Below are positions 11,655 through 24,457 of a stretch of 64,000 bases of DNA, one piece after another. Position numbers and translations under genes: made by a program. Within the stretch, counting starts at the first letter, position 1. Each line of letters starts with the position of its first letter. The DNA is from Felis catus (lineage: Eukaryota), in assembly GCF_018350175.1 (NCBI RefSeq), contig NC_058382.1, positions 56,484,001-56,548,000 on the forward strand. Reading direction: 5' to 3'. The notes beneath the pieces are model-generated. The model worked only from the letters and a program-made list of their open reading frames with translations. It was not told where the DNA came from and did no database searches.

Positions 11655-12350
11655 CAGTGGAGCCCAGACTAAGGTGAAGTGAAGGAGACCATTGGAACAC
11701 TTGTCTCCAGGGCCAAAAAACCTCATTCATCAAGGGAGATCACATTTTCATGCAACATTTTAAAAGCTCAAAATTAATGCAAAAAATCCATGACGAGCAA
11801 AGTATCAAAATTTTAAATAAAGACAAGATGAAAATTAATGCAGAAAATCCATAATGAACCAAATATCAGCATTCTAAATAAAGACAGTATCACCATTGCT
11901 GATTTTTCCTTTTGCCTCTGGCTCCAGGATGGCTCACCTCAGCACCATGACTGCTCTTGTCTTAAAAATTGAGGGGAGGGGCGCCTGGGTGGCTCAGTTG
12001 GTTAAGCGTCCAACTTCGGGTCAGGTCACGATCTCACGGTTTTGGCTTGGAGCCCCGCGTCGGACTCTGTGCTGACAGCCCAGAGCCTGGAGTCTGCCTC
12101 AGATTTTGTGTCTCCCTCTCTCTCTCTGCCCCTCCCCTGCTCATGCTCTGTCTCTCAAAAGTGAATAACTGTTAATTTTTTTTTTTTAATTTGGAGGTCT
12201 TTTCATGATGCGTTTCCTGCATTGATTCTTAACTTGTAAAATATTACGTGAAAATATTATTTACCTTGATGACTGGGTTTTTTGCCAACCTCCTTTACGC
12301 TGGTGCGCAGAAACCAAGTGCCTTGCTCTCCTCACCCTGGTCCAGCTCTG
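11655..12350. mobile_element. Palindromic hAT MITE (MER96B-like), interrupted by a SINE
   Basis: Left arm (caaaaaacctcattcatcaagggagatcacattttcatgcaac...) is an imperfect reverse complement of the right arm (~12190-12285). Termini resemble cagggccgggactagggtgagg. Confidence 0.65.
11978..12175 (+). mobile_element. Can-SINE inside MITE
   Basis: ggggcgcctgggtggctcagttggttaagcgtccaacttc head and (CT)n region. Confidence 0.92.
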
Positions 12351-15300
12351 ATCACGGCCACACTAGTTAGTCCCCATCACTGAGGGATGTAGGAGACATC
12401 ACGCTAGGATTTAACATTGCACCGGCTCATTTAAATTCCGAGCAACCTTTGCAGCTGGGTCTCTTATTAACAGAAGTGCAGGCAGGTTGAATAATTTGCT
12501 CAAGGTCCACACCAGGTGGAGGAGGAAGGCCTCAAATGAGTTCTAAAGCCCATGGCTGTAACCCTGCTCAGAAACTAGGAAAAGGAAAGCAAGGAGGAAG
12601 CAAAAGCAGCAGCAGAGTTCCAGGAGTAAGCACCAGGCAGCTAGCTGAGCTTCGGGGAAGCTGTCCCCACTGCTGAGTCCCACAGAGCCAGCCGTGTGCA
12701 CAGGGCCTCTCGGTGGTGGTGACATTTCACATGGCAGAGAGTTACCAAGAAGAAAGGGCGCATCCAAGATTTGTGTTTAGAGGCTGATGATTTAACCTTT
12801 CCCCAAAGAGTCCTCAACAAATAGTGCACACCCCCAACATTGGATTTTTTTTTTCCTTTCGTAAAACTCAGGTGGATGCATCTCCATTTCTTCCCAAAAA
12901 AGAGCAGTTGTGGCTCAGTCAGCTGGAATGCAGGGTCTGGATGGAAGTTCATGCCGTTGAAACTGGTGGTCTCAAGTGTTAGGGATATCGGAAAGACAGT
13001 GGTATTGGCATCCTTTTGAACACATGCCTAGATTTGCATATTGGAGATGTCAGTTGTATCGCAGGAGAAAATCAGTCTCCCTGGCCTCCCATTAACTCTG
13101 CCTGCTCACTGCAGCTCCCTTGGGGGTGTTGGAACCGCCACCACGCCTTGCCCTTTTGAAGTAGAAAAATGTGAAACTCCTACAGTTATCAAATGAGTCT
13201 TTAGTGAAACAGGAGTGAGGTGCTTCACGAGCCGGTGGCTGCTCGCCCCACTCCCCTGCAAGAACCCATAAGACCCCTTCCAGCTGATGGCCAGGACCAG
13301 GAAGAGCTCACTGTCGGCATATGAATAGACATTAACGTGGTTGTCAAGAAATGAACAGTACATGTCCCAGCCTTGACCCTATATAGGCCTCTACTGCTAG
13401 AAGTCAAAGCATCAACTTTGGGACCCAATTATGTTAACCTTATGGTTGCTTGGTGTGTGCTAGGAGCTTTTTCTTGGGTTTCTATTTAGAGCAGTGGTTA
13501 GCAACTGTGGGTGCATCTCAAAGAACGCTTTGTTAACCCAACGGAAAGACAATCCAAGGTAGACTTTTGGTAGGTGTGCTTCCAAAGGGGCAAAGAAAGG
13601 TTTCCTGGTGGGCCTCACACTGTGTGAGGTAACTACAAATAAAAGTAGCCTTGACCACTCATAACTCCAAACCAATGGAGGTTACAGCAGGGGAAAGTTG
13701 GATAATTCAACTCCAGCTTACTTTGACCTGAATTTATGCCACGTGGGACTTTTGCCTGATATAGTCAGAAAAAAAATGCCCTGAGTTGCCCCTTAATATA
13801 TCTTGTACAGCCGGCCCTTTGTATATTCCAAAAGTGTTTTCTGTGATTATTTTCCATGTAGCTAATGTCACCTTGACCAGATCCAAGTTCCCCACAGTTA
13901 TTTTTCGGTATACAAATTTTTTACATCACTTTTAATCACACGCTCCCAGTGGATACGCGTGATTGAATTCATCTGTATAACAGAGTTAACTTCTAACGTC
14001 CTCCAGATATTTTTCTGGCTGGCTTGCGTAACCACCTTTGTTTATATTTAGTTTAGAAAGTACAAATCTCAGAAGGGGCAGGTTGTAACTAGACGTAAGA
14101 TCAATGCAGTTAGTTTCTGTTTAAGCTTTAACAACTTGGTAGCTGTCAGCTGAAGCATGAATGCAGACAGTGCTGAATCTCAATTAATATACAGTTGTAA
14201 TCACGATGGGAGTTGGTGATATTTTCCCCTCCACTCAATAAAACCCTTAGAAATGGCTTCATTAACATTTTCTCATTTTATCCACTTGTACCCCTTTCTC
14301 TCCACTGTCCCGGGGTCACTTTTTCGTGGGGAGCTTTTTTGACAGCTGATGTCTTTCCAATACTTTCACTGTCCTGCTGTTTGAGAACCCGCTGTCTCTC
14401 CCGTCTGTGGCTCAGAGTCCTACAACCTCTATTTGTATTTTGAACAAATCTGCCCAGTTCAAAAGGCAAGAGCCATACACCTCTCCTGGATAAGGCCTAT
14501 CAACTACTCTCGCCAAGTTGGCCATCCAAGTTGGATGATAAAAATGATTATGGATATTTGAATTGAAATCATTGGCATGCCATTTTCTTAAAAAATCTAT
14601 CACTTAGCACTCCATTTCTGAGAATTCCTTCAGGGCATATTCAGAAAATCGGTATTGTAAAAGCTTGAATAGTTATATTAGTTTAGCTTGATTGTACACC
14701 AACTCCTTTTTCTTTATTTATACTTACATGGAATAGTATATTAATCAGAGTTAAGTAATTTTTTTATGAAACAAATGAGCTTGCTTTGGGAAAACGGTTT
14801 TACAATGCCTGCCTGGTAATTAGGTCCTAAACCTTGATGCCGTGGTTTTTGATATTGGATAAATGATTGAGTCTATAATTAAACATGTCCCTTGGACTGA
14901 AGTTACAAAGCAGGTACTTGGGTCAATTACACAACAGCAATGATCATTGCATTTGATGTTATCACAACAATAATTACCGTGCAACATTATATTCCATTTT
15001 AAAGCACTCTATTTTAAAGGATGGGTTATCGACAATGGAAAACGCATGAACTTTTCTGACAGATTTTTGTACTACGCATATCTGATCAGGGTCCTTATTA
15101 AGGATGGATATCAAATCCTTTGATAAGAGGTCAGAGACCTATCTCATTATGGAAAAAGGGCTTTCGTTAAGTTATTTTTCACAGCAAACATTTATCGAAT
15201 GCTTCCTGAGTCAGGGGCTGAAGACACAAAGACATCTGATCTGACCCATGCCTCCTGGGGCTCTTGTTCTAATGTGGGAGCTACAGCATGTGAGAAAAAG

Positions 15301-17869
15301 GTGAATGTGGTGGCTTTGCCTTTGAAAGAAAAGAGAGCTCAGGTTCCCAGGTGTTGCTGGATGTGGTCAGTTATCATCCGGGGACGGTTGTTCGTTTTCC
15401 GAGACAAGGCCACTTGAAATAAGGCCTGTGTCAACAACGCAAGGCATCGTCCTCTTCTTTACAGATCCGAAGCCTGATTCGGTGTCTGTCCAGAAGTGAC
15501 TTGTGTCTTGGAGATGGAATTTTACTAATCAAACTCCTGAGACATGAATATGTAAATCCAAATGCAAATGTAGTCATCTGTAGTGAGAAACCAAGGATCT
15601 CCTTCCTGACTTCTGTTGATAGACCGTTTCCGATTGACAGAATTAAGGTTGTGTCTGGACTAGTCTATTAAGCTTTCAGAAAACCGAAGTCTGGTCACTG
15701 AATGAACTCTCTCTGTTGCAGAAACTTTTATAACCTTCTATGTACAGACGACCTCATAGGGAGAGTTTCTCTGACCACCCGCTTCCCACATTCACAGTAT
15801 TCTTGGTGTTGGTACTTTCAGTGCTAGCGAATGTCCATCATGGTAAGATAGCTCCTCCTCCTGTTTTGTGTTTCTCTCCCTCAAATGCCTCCCTCCCTTT
15901 CATCACATCGACTAACCATGCCAAGCATTTCACTTGCATTTTCTCTCTTAATCTTTATAACTTTCCTATGACTTAAATTACACCCCCATTTTACTGATAA
16001 GAAAACCGATTCGTGCCAAGAGTCGATACTCTGCCCCGGGTCAGATGGGGCACTGCCACAGTCAGGGGATACATTCTGTGGTCAGTTCCCAAAAGGTGGC
16101 TGTCAAGGCATGACATCAGTCATAGAAGTTCAAGTTCAGAGTCAGGGAGAATAAGCGTGACACGTAATGAGAGTGAGTTAAGACGTGTTTAGAAAGGGGC
16201 GGGATGTAAGGCATGACAGTGGAAAAATGGAGGAGGTCTGTGATCTGTTAGTGATATATGCCTAAGAGTGAAGGGGAAGGTTTTATAACAGGAGCATTGG
16301 GCTGTGGCCTCCGGGAGGCATGCCGGTTCTCAGATAGTACTGCACACGCACATCCCCAATGGGCCCCCGGGCATCTCTGTAGGGCACACGCTCTCCATGA
16401 CAGAGGTAACCATTTCATAATGAAATCTACTCTAACCCGTCTTGCTCTAATTTGAATATTCTGCAACGTATTGCAACCGTTAAGGACAATAGAAGACTGC
16501 ACATAGACCCCTGTATGTCCTCCTGGGGGATGGAAGGGGTGCGTGATGATGGACCCTAGTTTTGTAATGTATTGGAACGTTCCACAGATTGAAAACAATT
16601 ACTGGAGAAAGTGAGGAGCCATGAGAGGCTTTCTAGGTAAAGAAATGATTAAATCATATGTGTTCGGGGAATAGCTCTGTGGAAGATGGAATGAAGGAGA
16701 GGGGGATGCCCGAAGACTGTGGGTCTCTTCTCAGGACACCAGTTCCAACAGGTAAAGAATGTATAAGTCAGGGCAAGGAGCTCTGGGGGAAGGTGATGAA
16801 GGCCAGAAACACCGTTCCTTATAGTTGAAACTCCTCTCCCAGCACCAACACATTGGCTGTCACTGAACACATCGTGACACTTCGTGCCTACTGTTCACCA
16901 GGCCCTGTTCGCGTGGTTTTTGAAGTCAGATGCCTTTGCCAATGTGCTGGAGAGAGCTCTTGGTATACGGCACATGTCAGGTTTCAGTCAAATAGAACCT
17001 GACATACTTGAACCGGTCAAGGGGATTCCAATGTCAAGTAGAACTTCGGTGTGAATCCTTGTAAGCCTGGCCTCCTGAACAATGCCTCGAATTATATGTA
17101 TCCCACGGGTGAATATGCAGACAAGTGACCAAAGGGATGGAGCAAATACACTGATTGAAGGTCATTCAAGTTAGATTTTTAAACGCCTACGACTGTTTCA
17201 AAGTGAGATCCCGACTCTCCTTCGGGAAACGTGTGTCCGTATTCTGATCTGTACAGCTGGTGAAATTTTTTTAAAAAATGATGGAAAACATCAATACACA
17301 CACAAAAGGGTTATTTATCTTTTAATGGAACCGAGCCAGTAGGAATGATGGCTTTTGCAAGTAGTCATTTCCCATATGTAGCCCTTAGACAATGAGAAGG
17401 CATTGACATTTTTCAAATGCATGTGTAAAAGTGTGGATTCTTGGGTCCTGCCCCAAACCTACAAAATGAATCCCTCACAGAGGGAAAGAGAACTTCAAAC
17501 AGGCCCCTCAGCTCACCACTGAAAGAAATGTGGTTTAGAGTGAAAACCAAGCTTCCCCAGGGCTTAAAAACCCCAAGAAGTAAGGGTCTGGTATGGAAAC
17601 ATCTAAGACGGACTAAACCTTTTAGAACAGCTGGGACACCAGTCTCTCTTCATTAACCTCTGAACTTGGAAGGACCTCAGGTTCATGGGCTCCGATGACT
17701 CCGTCAGAAAACCCCATAACACACCACCTTCACCCAGGATCCCATGAGAATGCTCCGGCTCCAGGACCCCTAAGTAAGAAGAGCTGAAGGAATTTTCACT
17801 CTAGACAATGTGATGTCTTTTCCAATAAGAGCATTAGCAGGAAACTGTTATCTTTAGGGCATCTTCCTT

Positions 17870-18110
17870 GTTTTATTATTTAGCAATAAATTTATATAGC
17901 CTTTACTGTTTCAGAGTATAAAACTAATCCATGTTTGTTGTTTAAAAAAAATTAGGAAATACTAAAAAGCATAACAAGAATAAAAATCACCCATAGTGCT
18001 ACCACCAAAAGATAAGCATCGTCCATATATCCCCTTCCAGACTTTTTGCTATATAAATACACATATAATTTTATCCAAATGGAATCAGGCAGTAGATGCT
18101 ACTTGTTTTA
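17870..18110 (-). mobile_element. Old L1ME-type 3' fragment
   Basis: aaaatcacccatagtgctaccaccaaaagataagcatc...ccttccagactttttgctat...aaatggaatca pattern. Confidence 0.5.
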
Positions 18111-18129
18111 TCCATCCCAAAGGAAACTA

Positions 18130-18377
18130 CAGTAAAACCTTGGTTTGTGAGCATAATTCATTCCGGAAACATGCTTGTAATCTAAAGCACTCGTATATCA
18201 AAGTAAATTTCAAGAACTGTTGGCTCAGTTGTGATCACGTGGTCATGTGGCATTCAGCATCACATACTACCTGTATTACAAGACATCACTCGTTTATCAA
18301 GTTAAAATTTGTTAGAAATGTTTGCTCGTCTGTGGAACACTCACAGAACAAGTTACTCACCATCCAAGATTTTACCA
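18130..18377. mobile_element. TcMar/Tigger-type MITE (~248 bp)
   Basis: Imperfect TIRs cagtaaaaccttgg / ccaagattttacca, flanked by TA at 18128-18129 and 18378-18379 (Tc1/mariner TSD). Confidence 0.75.
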
Positions 18378-18969
18378 TAGTATCTTTCAAAGTCACGTAT
18401 ATTGTCATTTTTAATGACTGCGGAACACACACAGGGTAGATGTTCCTCTTTATTAGTAACCTTATTTTTGATGTTTGGGTCGCTCAAGTTTCTACCTAAG
18501 GTTGTGAAAAACAAGATGCATTTGCAAAAGTGTTGTAGGGGAAGAGACATAAAGATGGCCCCGCCCTAGCGTAAACTTCCTGGCTCTTGTCGTAGCTTGG
18601 AAGATGTGGACGTTCCACGGATGCAGTGTGTCCGCTCTTGCTATTTTCACGGTCTAGAGAAGCCGTCTTTGCCCCAGATCCCCTTTACTCACCTGCCTTT
18701 CCTTGGCATATGTCCTTCAGGTTCACTAGAGGTCATCTTGCTTCAGTTAACTATTCATCATTCAGTGCACAAATACTTCAAGAGCACCTCCTATGTGTCC
18801 ACACTTTGCAAAACCATCACTTTGTTTAGCGTAGGCTAGAACATCTACTGTCCTGCTCTCCTTATGTTCACAGACTCATGATAAAGCCAGAGTCATAGAC
18901 CAAAACGTTTCACCTGGAAAATGCCCGTCACTCTTACTGTTATCCGAAGTCCTGGAAATTCATGGAATG

Positions 18970-19520
18970 TGTATTAGTTAGCTATCACTGCAAAACAAAT
19001 GACCCCACCCCTCAGTGGATTGAAACCACACACAATTATTAACTTACAGCTTCTTTAGGTCAGGAGTCTGGGCGTGGCTTGTCTCTGCCTCAGAGTCTCT
19101 CCCAGGCTGCAGTCAACGTGTCACCAGGGCTTCAGTCATCCCCAGGCTCAACCGAACAAAGGCCCAAGTTCACATTCTTGTTGGCAGAATTGACTTCCCT
19201 GCGGGTTGTCAGATGGAGGGCCTCAGGTCCTTGCTGGGGGGTTGGCTGGAGGTGGCCAGCTGCTCCTTGCCATGTGGGCCTCTCCCACTTGGCAGCTTAC
19301 TTCCTCACCATGTGCAAGCCAAGAAGGCAATAGAGAGTGTCAGAGAAATGGAAGTCACAGTCTTTTGTAACCCCTAAAAGTGCCCATCACTTTTACCATA
19401 TTCTATTTATTAGAAGCAAGTCACTAGGTTCAGCCCACCCTCAAGGACGGGGGATCACCCAACGGTATAAATACGAAGAAGCAGGGATCGTTAAAGACCG
19501 TCTTCGAAATCAGTGCTACT
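18970..19520 (-). mobile_element. ERVL-MaLR solo LTR (MLT1F-like)
   Basis: tgtattagttagctat...ggtcaggagtctgggcgtggctt...gccatgtgggcctctcc...attagaagcaagtcactaggttcagcccaccctcaagg hallmarks. Confidence 0.8.
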
Positions 19521-20023
19521 CTCCTAGATCCTACAGATAGAGATCAAAACAAGCTATTTATTATAAAAGATTAACTTAGAAAGTGCTGCTCTGTGGTCTG
19601 CAGTACGGGAAATTTATGGAGTTTCACATTTAGACTCACTTTTAAGTTTAGAGACAAAGAGAAATAGTTAACATATTTGCATTTGCTAAATGTACACTTC
19701 TATGTGGTAGCACAACTTACAACGTGTACTACCATGTCAATAGTTTCACTTGATTTTCTCAAACCTGGAAAGTGGGAAGGGAAGAAATCGCAGATTTAAA
19801 GACAGATGAACTGAGCCCTGGCAAATTCAGCTGTGCTGGCGTCATCTCATTCCCAGTTCGTTTATTGGTTCAACAAACACGTATGTGCTCAGCCCCGCAC
19901 CAGGTAGCAGGTGAGACACAGTGCTGAGCAAAATCAATGTGGCTTTTGCCCTGCATGAACCTCCTATATGGTCAGGATGAGGTAGTAATCAAATAGTCTC
20001 ACAAAAAATATGATTGCAAACTT

Positions 20024-20233
20024 CTTTTTGTTTTTTGTTTATTTATTTTTGAGAGAGACATACAGAGCATGAGCAGGGGAGGGACATAGAGAGAGGCAGA
20101 CAGAGAATCCAAAGTAGGCTCCAGGCTCCGAGCTGTTGGCACAGAGCCCGAGGTGGGGCTCGAACCCATAGAACATGAGATCAGGACCTGAGCCGAAGTC
20201 GGGCGATTAACCGACTGAGCCATCTAGGCGCCC
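20024..20233 (-). mobile_element. Can-SINE
   Basis: TSD atgattgcaaactt at 20010-20023 and 20234-20247. Confidence 0.94.
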
Positions 20234-20378
20234 ATGATTGCAAACTTTTAAAATTCTAGAATGGATGGAAAGGATGAATCATAGATTGTGTTTACATATT
20301 TTAAATTTGTCCAACTGTACTTTTAAGATTTGTACACTCACGTGGTGTATGATGTTTTTAAAACACCCAAGGAAGGAG

Positions 20379-20583
20379 AGGTGCCTGGGTGGTTCAGTCG
20401 GCTAAGTGTCTGACTTCGGCTTGGGTCATGATCTTACCGTTCATGAGTTCGAGCCTCACATCGAGCCCCGCATCAGGCTCTGTGCTGGCAGTGTGGAGCC
20501 TGCTTCCTATTCTCTGTTTCCCTCTCTCTCTCCCCCTCCCCCACTCACACTCTCTCTCAAAAATAAATAAATAGACATAAAAA
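20379..20583 (+). mobile_element. Can-SINE
   Basis: SINE head and tail. Flanks share ccaaggaagga. Confidence 0.92.
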
Positions 20584-20684
20584 GAAATCCAAGGAAGGAA
20601 AGGCACATAGTACTCAGATAGTTTGTTAAAGGAGATATGGCTGTTGCCCTCTTTATTTATTATTACCGTTACTGCTCTGATTAT

Positions 20685-20833
20685 GATATTGGAGGAGACT
20701 GATAAACGTAAGGCATAGATTGTGACAGTGATTTCACAGATGTATGCTTATCTCTAAACTCGCCAAGTTATATACATTAAATATATACAGCTTTTTGTAT
20801 GTCAAGCATGTCTCAATAAACTGGTTCTAAAAA
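20685..20833 (+). mobile_element. L1MC-type 3' end
   Basis: gattgtgacagtgatttcacagatgtatgcttatctctaaactcgccaagttatatacattaaatat...ctcaataaa then an A-run. Confidence 0.7.
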
Positions 20834-22049
20834 AGGATTAAAACAACCATAAATCACATATCCGTGGATTCAATGATGCTTTCAAATTTCAAATTAATTT
20901 TACGTTGGAATTTCAAAAGCCGGTATTCAGTTCACTTATAGTACAGTCTCTTATAATTGAGATTATATGCCCTTCTTAACATGTGTTTCATTTGTATCGT
21001 ATGAGGAACTTTTTTCATAGAACTCCACACTATAAATCTCAACTGTGAAATTGTGTACATTTTGGCAACATTCTAGAAAAGTATAACTTCATAATGTTTT
21101 GCAAAATAATCCAGAGGCAACACCTATGACAATAAAGAAGGGAAGACGTGGCTTGAAGCAAAGGGACAGGGTGTTAGACCCCCCCATGGTGGCTCATCTT
21201 CCTGAAGGGTTCGAACGGCCGACGTTTTACTGCACCTGGTGAGCTGATACACAGAACTTAGGGTTTTCTTTCAAAACCATTCAGTCCCTCAGTGAATGTA
21301 TCCGCTCTGCCTCCCTCTCAGGGATTTCCCCTTTTCGGCTGCATCGCGCTGGGTTTAAGTAGCACCTTATTTAGTTATGGAGCTCCTTTTGCCGGAGCTG
21401 ATGGTCCAAACCAAGCCAGCCCGGAGCCGGGCCTCCTTCCCCTACTTAGGAGAAGCCGCTTTAGGGAAGCCATCTGCACGGGACCGGAAAGCTTTATGAA
21501 GAAATGCTGACGTCTCCAGCTTGGAAGCTCATTTCTGTAAAGCCCATGCCTGGCCTCATGCTGCCCTCTGCTCTCTGTGGGGTTAAGGCCTCAGACTCAC
21601 GCTAGTCCCAGCTGGTCTCCTGCAAGTTGTTGGCACGGAGTAGATGTTCGGCAAACGTTAGTTGAATCTGACTCACCACATGGCAGGACCCAACATTTAA
21701 GTCAAGAAGGCATTTTTCACCCTGTACAAACAGGGCTCCTTATACACCAGGAAATAAGTAAGTATAAGAGAAGACGCCACATAAATTTCCTCCCAACTCC
21801 TTATCCCCTATGAAGCTATCAAAGTTGATTTTGCAAAATGTTATTAACATCTGCTATTTACCAAGAACTAAGAGATAAAAGACTAATAATACCGTGGTCC
21901 CTGCTGTTAAGAGGTTCACATTCTAATAAGTGAAGTCAGACAGGTCAAAGGAGAATTACAAATAAATGTAATGAGAGGCAAGGTAGCAAAAGACCAAGGA
22001 GGAATACGGAGCCAAGAGGTAAGAGCGGGGATATCAGAGAAGGCAGTGA

Positions 22050-22460
22050 AGTAAGGATGCTTTTAGCTTCAAATAACAGAAATCTCTAACTCAAATGGAT
22101 CTAAACTTAAGTGAGAAAATAAATTTCATCAAACTGGGAGGTCGGAAGAAGGGCAGACCCCCACGTGCACAATCTCATCAAGGTCTCAGGCTCTTTCAAT
22201 CTCTCTGGTCTATCCCGGCCCCCGTCATTCCCAGTCCAACGTTAGCTCTTGGTTGGTACCAACATGGCTCCAGAAATGGCCAACATGGCGACATCAGAGA
22301 GGAAAAAGAGAGTATCTCTTTTGTTTGTCTTTTTTTTGGGAGGAGGGGTATAAGAAGGAAAACGCCTACACACCCATACTTTTCAGCATAGTCAAGAATT
22401 AAGACACCTACCCACTCTTCACCTAGACTTGGCAAGGACACAGGATTCTCATGGTGGACT
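22050..22460 (-). mobile_element. Old MaLR LTR (MLT1K/L-like)
   Basis: aggatgcttttagcttcaaataacagaaatctctaactcaaatgg start and caacatggctcca motif. Confidence 0.5.
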
Positions 22461-22659
22461 TGGATGGACTTCTTAGGTGGGAGGGGCATGGGGGGACAGG
22501 GAAGGTTTTAACTAGGACTCCAGACCTGGCCTGTCTTGTAGGATGGAGAGGACCGCTTCTAGTCTATAAGCGTTGGGTGTGGAGAGAGAACCATCCCAGG
22601 ATGTGCAAAAACAGGAAGCATGGAAAATTACAATTATTTAGGGAATTCCAAGAGCTAGT

Positions 22660-23010
22660 ATTGCATGGATGACGTAGAGGCCACACGAGTGATAGGAGAA
22701 GTGGCTGGAGGGGAAGATAGGAGTTGGATTATAAAGGGTTTTATAAGCTAAGAAATGTGGGTTTTATCTTAAAGGAACTGGCAACCCCCTGAAAGATTTG
22801 AAGCACAAGAGTACATGAGATTGGATACGTGGGTCCGATCGGGAACCGCTCACTACATAGAGTGGAAAGTGGAAGGAGACCAAAATCTTTGAGGAGAAAT
22901 TTGTTGGGAATTCTAGACGGAGTCACGATGGGGCCAGGTGACCGGTTAAGTGGTTGGGTTGAGCGGGAGGGAGGGAGCTTGAGGTGACGATTCCAGCTTT
23001 TTCTGGGGGT
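22660..23010 (-). mobile_element. L2 fragment
   Basis: Purine-rich degenerate L2 pattern (ggttttatcttaaaggaactggcaaccccctgaaagatttgaagca...gatgacgattccagctttttctgg-like). Confidence 0.55.
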
Positions 23011-23919
23011 TTCAAGATAAAAGTGAGAACACATCTAAGAAAATCAGAATCTAGGCACTAGCTACTTAGATCTGATGGGGTCGATACAGAGTAACCGTCA
23101 AATAATAGATATTGGTTCTCAATACGTATAGCTGGATAAATATTTTTTATAAATGCCCATTGGGACAAATTATTGACTGGAATAAGGTATGATGATAACA
23201 ACACTTGTGTGTAAAAGGGGGAGTGGATGTGATATTTATAAGCAAGGCATTGAGCAGATATTCTATGGGTTAATAGGCTAATAATTAAATTCATGTGACT
23301 TAATCACCTTGAAGCTGCTAATAAGGGTGAGAGGCTTTCAATAGTGATCTCCCTCTCTGCATACTTTACGAAGGAGATTTCTCTCTAAACTTCAAGTATT
23401 GTAATTGAAATAATACAGGCATTCCCCCAGACCAGCAAGATCTGGCCATCTAAAATAGAATGTTCCCAATGTAAGATCAGTTTATAAAACCAGAGCTGAC
23501 TCATTTGAAGGTATCCCTGTCCACACTTTTGAAGACTCCCCACAGCGTAAGCGTTGCTCACACAGAAGCAGGGCAGCAAACTGACCCCTTGACATCTTTA
23601 TCATCATCTGTTTCTTGGCCTCTGGCTGTGTGTAGGAGGGGACCGCTGACCACAGAGAACGTCCCTGCTTGGGCACCTCTGTCCCATGTCCCTTCTGTGG
23701 AAGAATCTTTTAGTATACCTGAGTTCCCAGCATCTTTGATGCCTTTAAGTCTTCAGTCTAATCCCAGCACATTTATATGTTGTGTGCTTTTGGAGGGTTT
23801 TCTTTCCTTGTGTGGCCCCAAGGTATCATGGAAAAAGTCTAGAAGCTGGAATTCTACTTTCTGAGTTTGAATCCCTGAACCTGCCCCTGAGCAGCAATGA
23901 CCTTGACTCGGGGGGATAC

Positions 23920-24125
23920 AGGGATATGGGATTTGGTGCCAGGCAGAAGGGAATGTTTATCTTGGTTCTGTCCATTCAGGTCTATGTGACCCTGGGCAAT
24001 TGATGTTCCGTTTTCTTTTATCTGTGAAATGGGGTTAATGTGACTTAATTCATGGCCGTGATGAGCACGTGGCACATAGTAAAGCGGTTAGGAGAGAGCC
24101 AAGCACAAAGTAGACAATAAATGAT
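23920..24125 (+). mobile_element. MIR fragment(s)
   Basis: ctatgtgaccctgggcaattgat...ttttctttatctgtgaaatggggttaat MIR core. Confidence 0.6.
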
Positions 24126-24237
24126 CACTCCTACAGTTTTTCACCTCTGAGACCCTGTGTCCTAATGTGCAGCATAGGAATGCTAAAAATACCTAACTCA
24201 TACTTGTGATGTGAGCACCACAGAAATCCTTCTAAAA

Positions 24238-24457
24238 CAGGGTTTCTCAAAGGCGTCCTCGGCACTACTGACGCTTGAAGCTGGATTGTTCTTCTTTGTG
24301 GAGGCTGTCTTGTAATTTACAGGGTATTTAGCATTATCCCCGGCCTATAACTAGATGCCGGTAGCATCCACCAGCCCCAAGTTGTAACGACCAAAAACAT
24401 CTCCAGACACCACCAGATGTCTTTGGAAGAGGAGATACCCCTAGTTGAGAACGACTG
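24238..24457 (-). mobile_element. MER20 (hAT-Charlie)
   Basis: TIR-like ends cagggtttctcaa / ttgagaacgactg. 8-bp TSD ttctaaaa / ttctagaa. Internal ctagatgccggtagca...gttgtaacgaccaaaaacatctccagaca. Confidence 0.85.

Noticed and set aside
23030..23300. AT-rich stretch considered as a NUMT or foreign insert
   Set aside because: No recognisable mitochondrial gene, rRNA or tRNA sequence and no junction signature. A BLASTN search would settle it.
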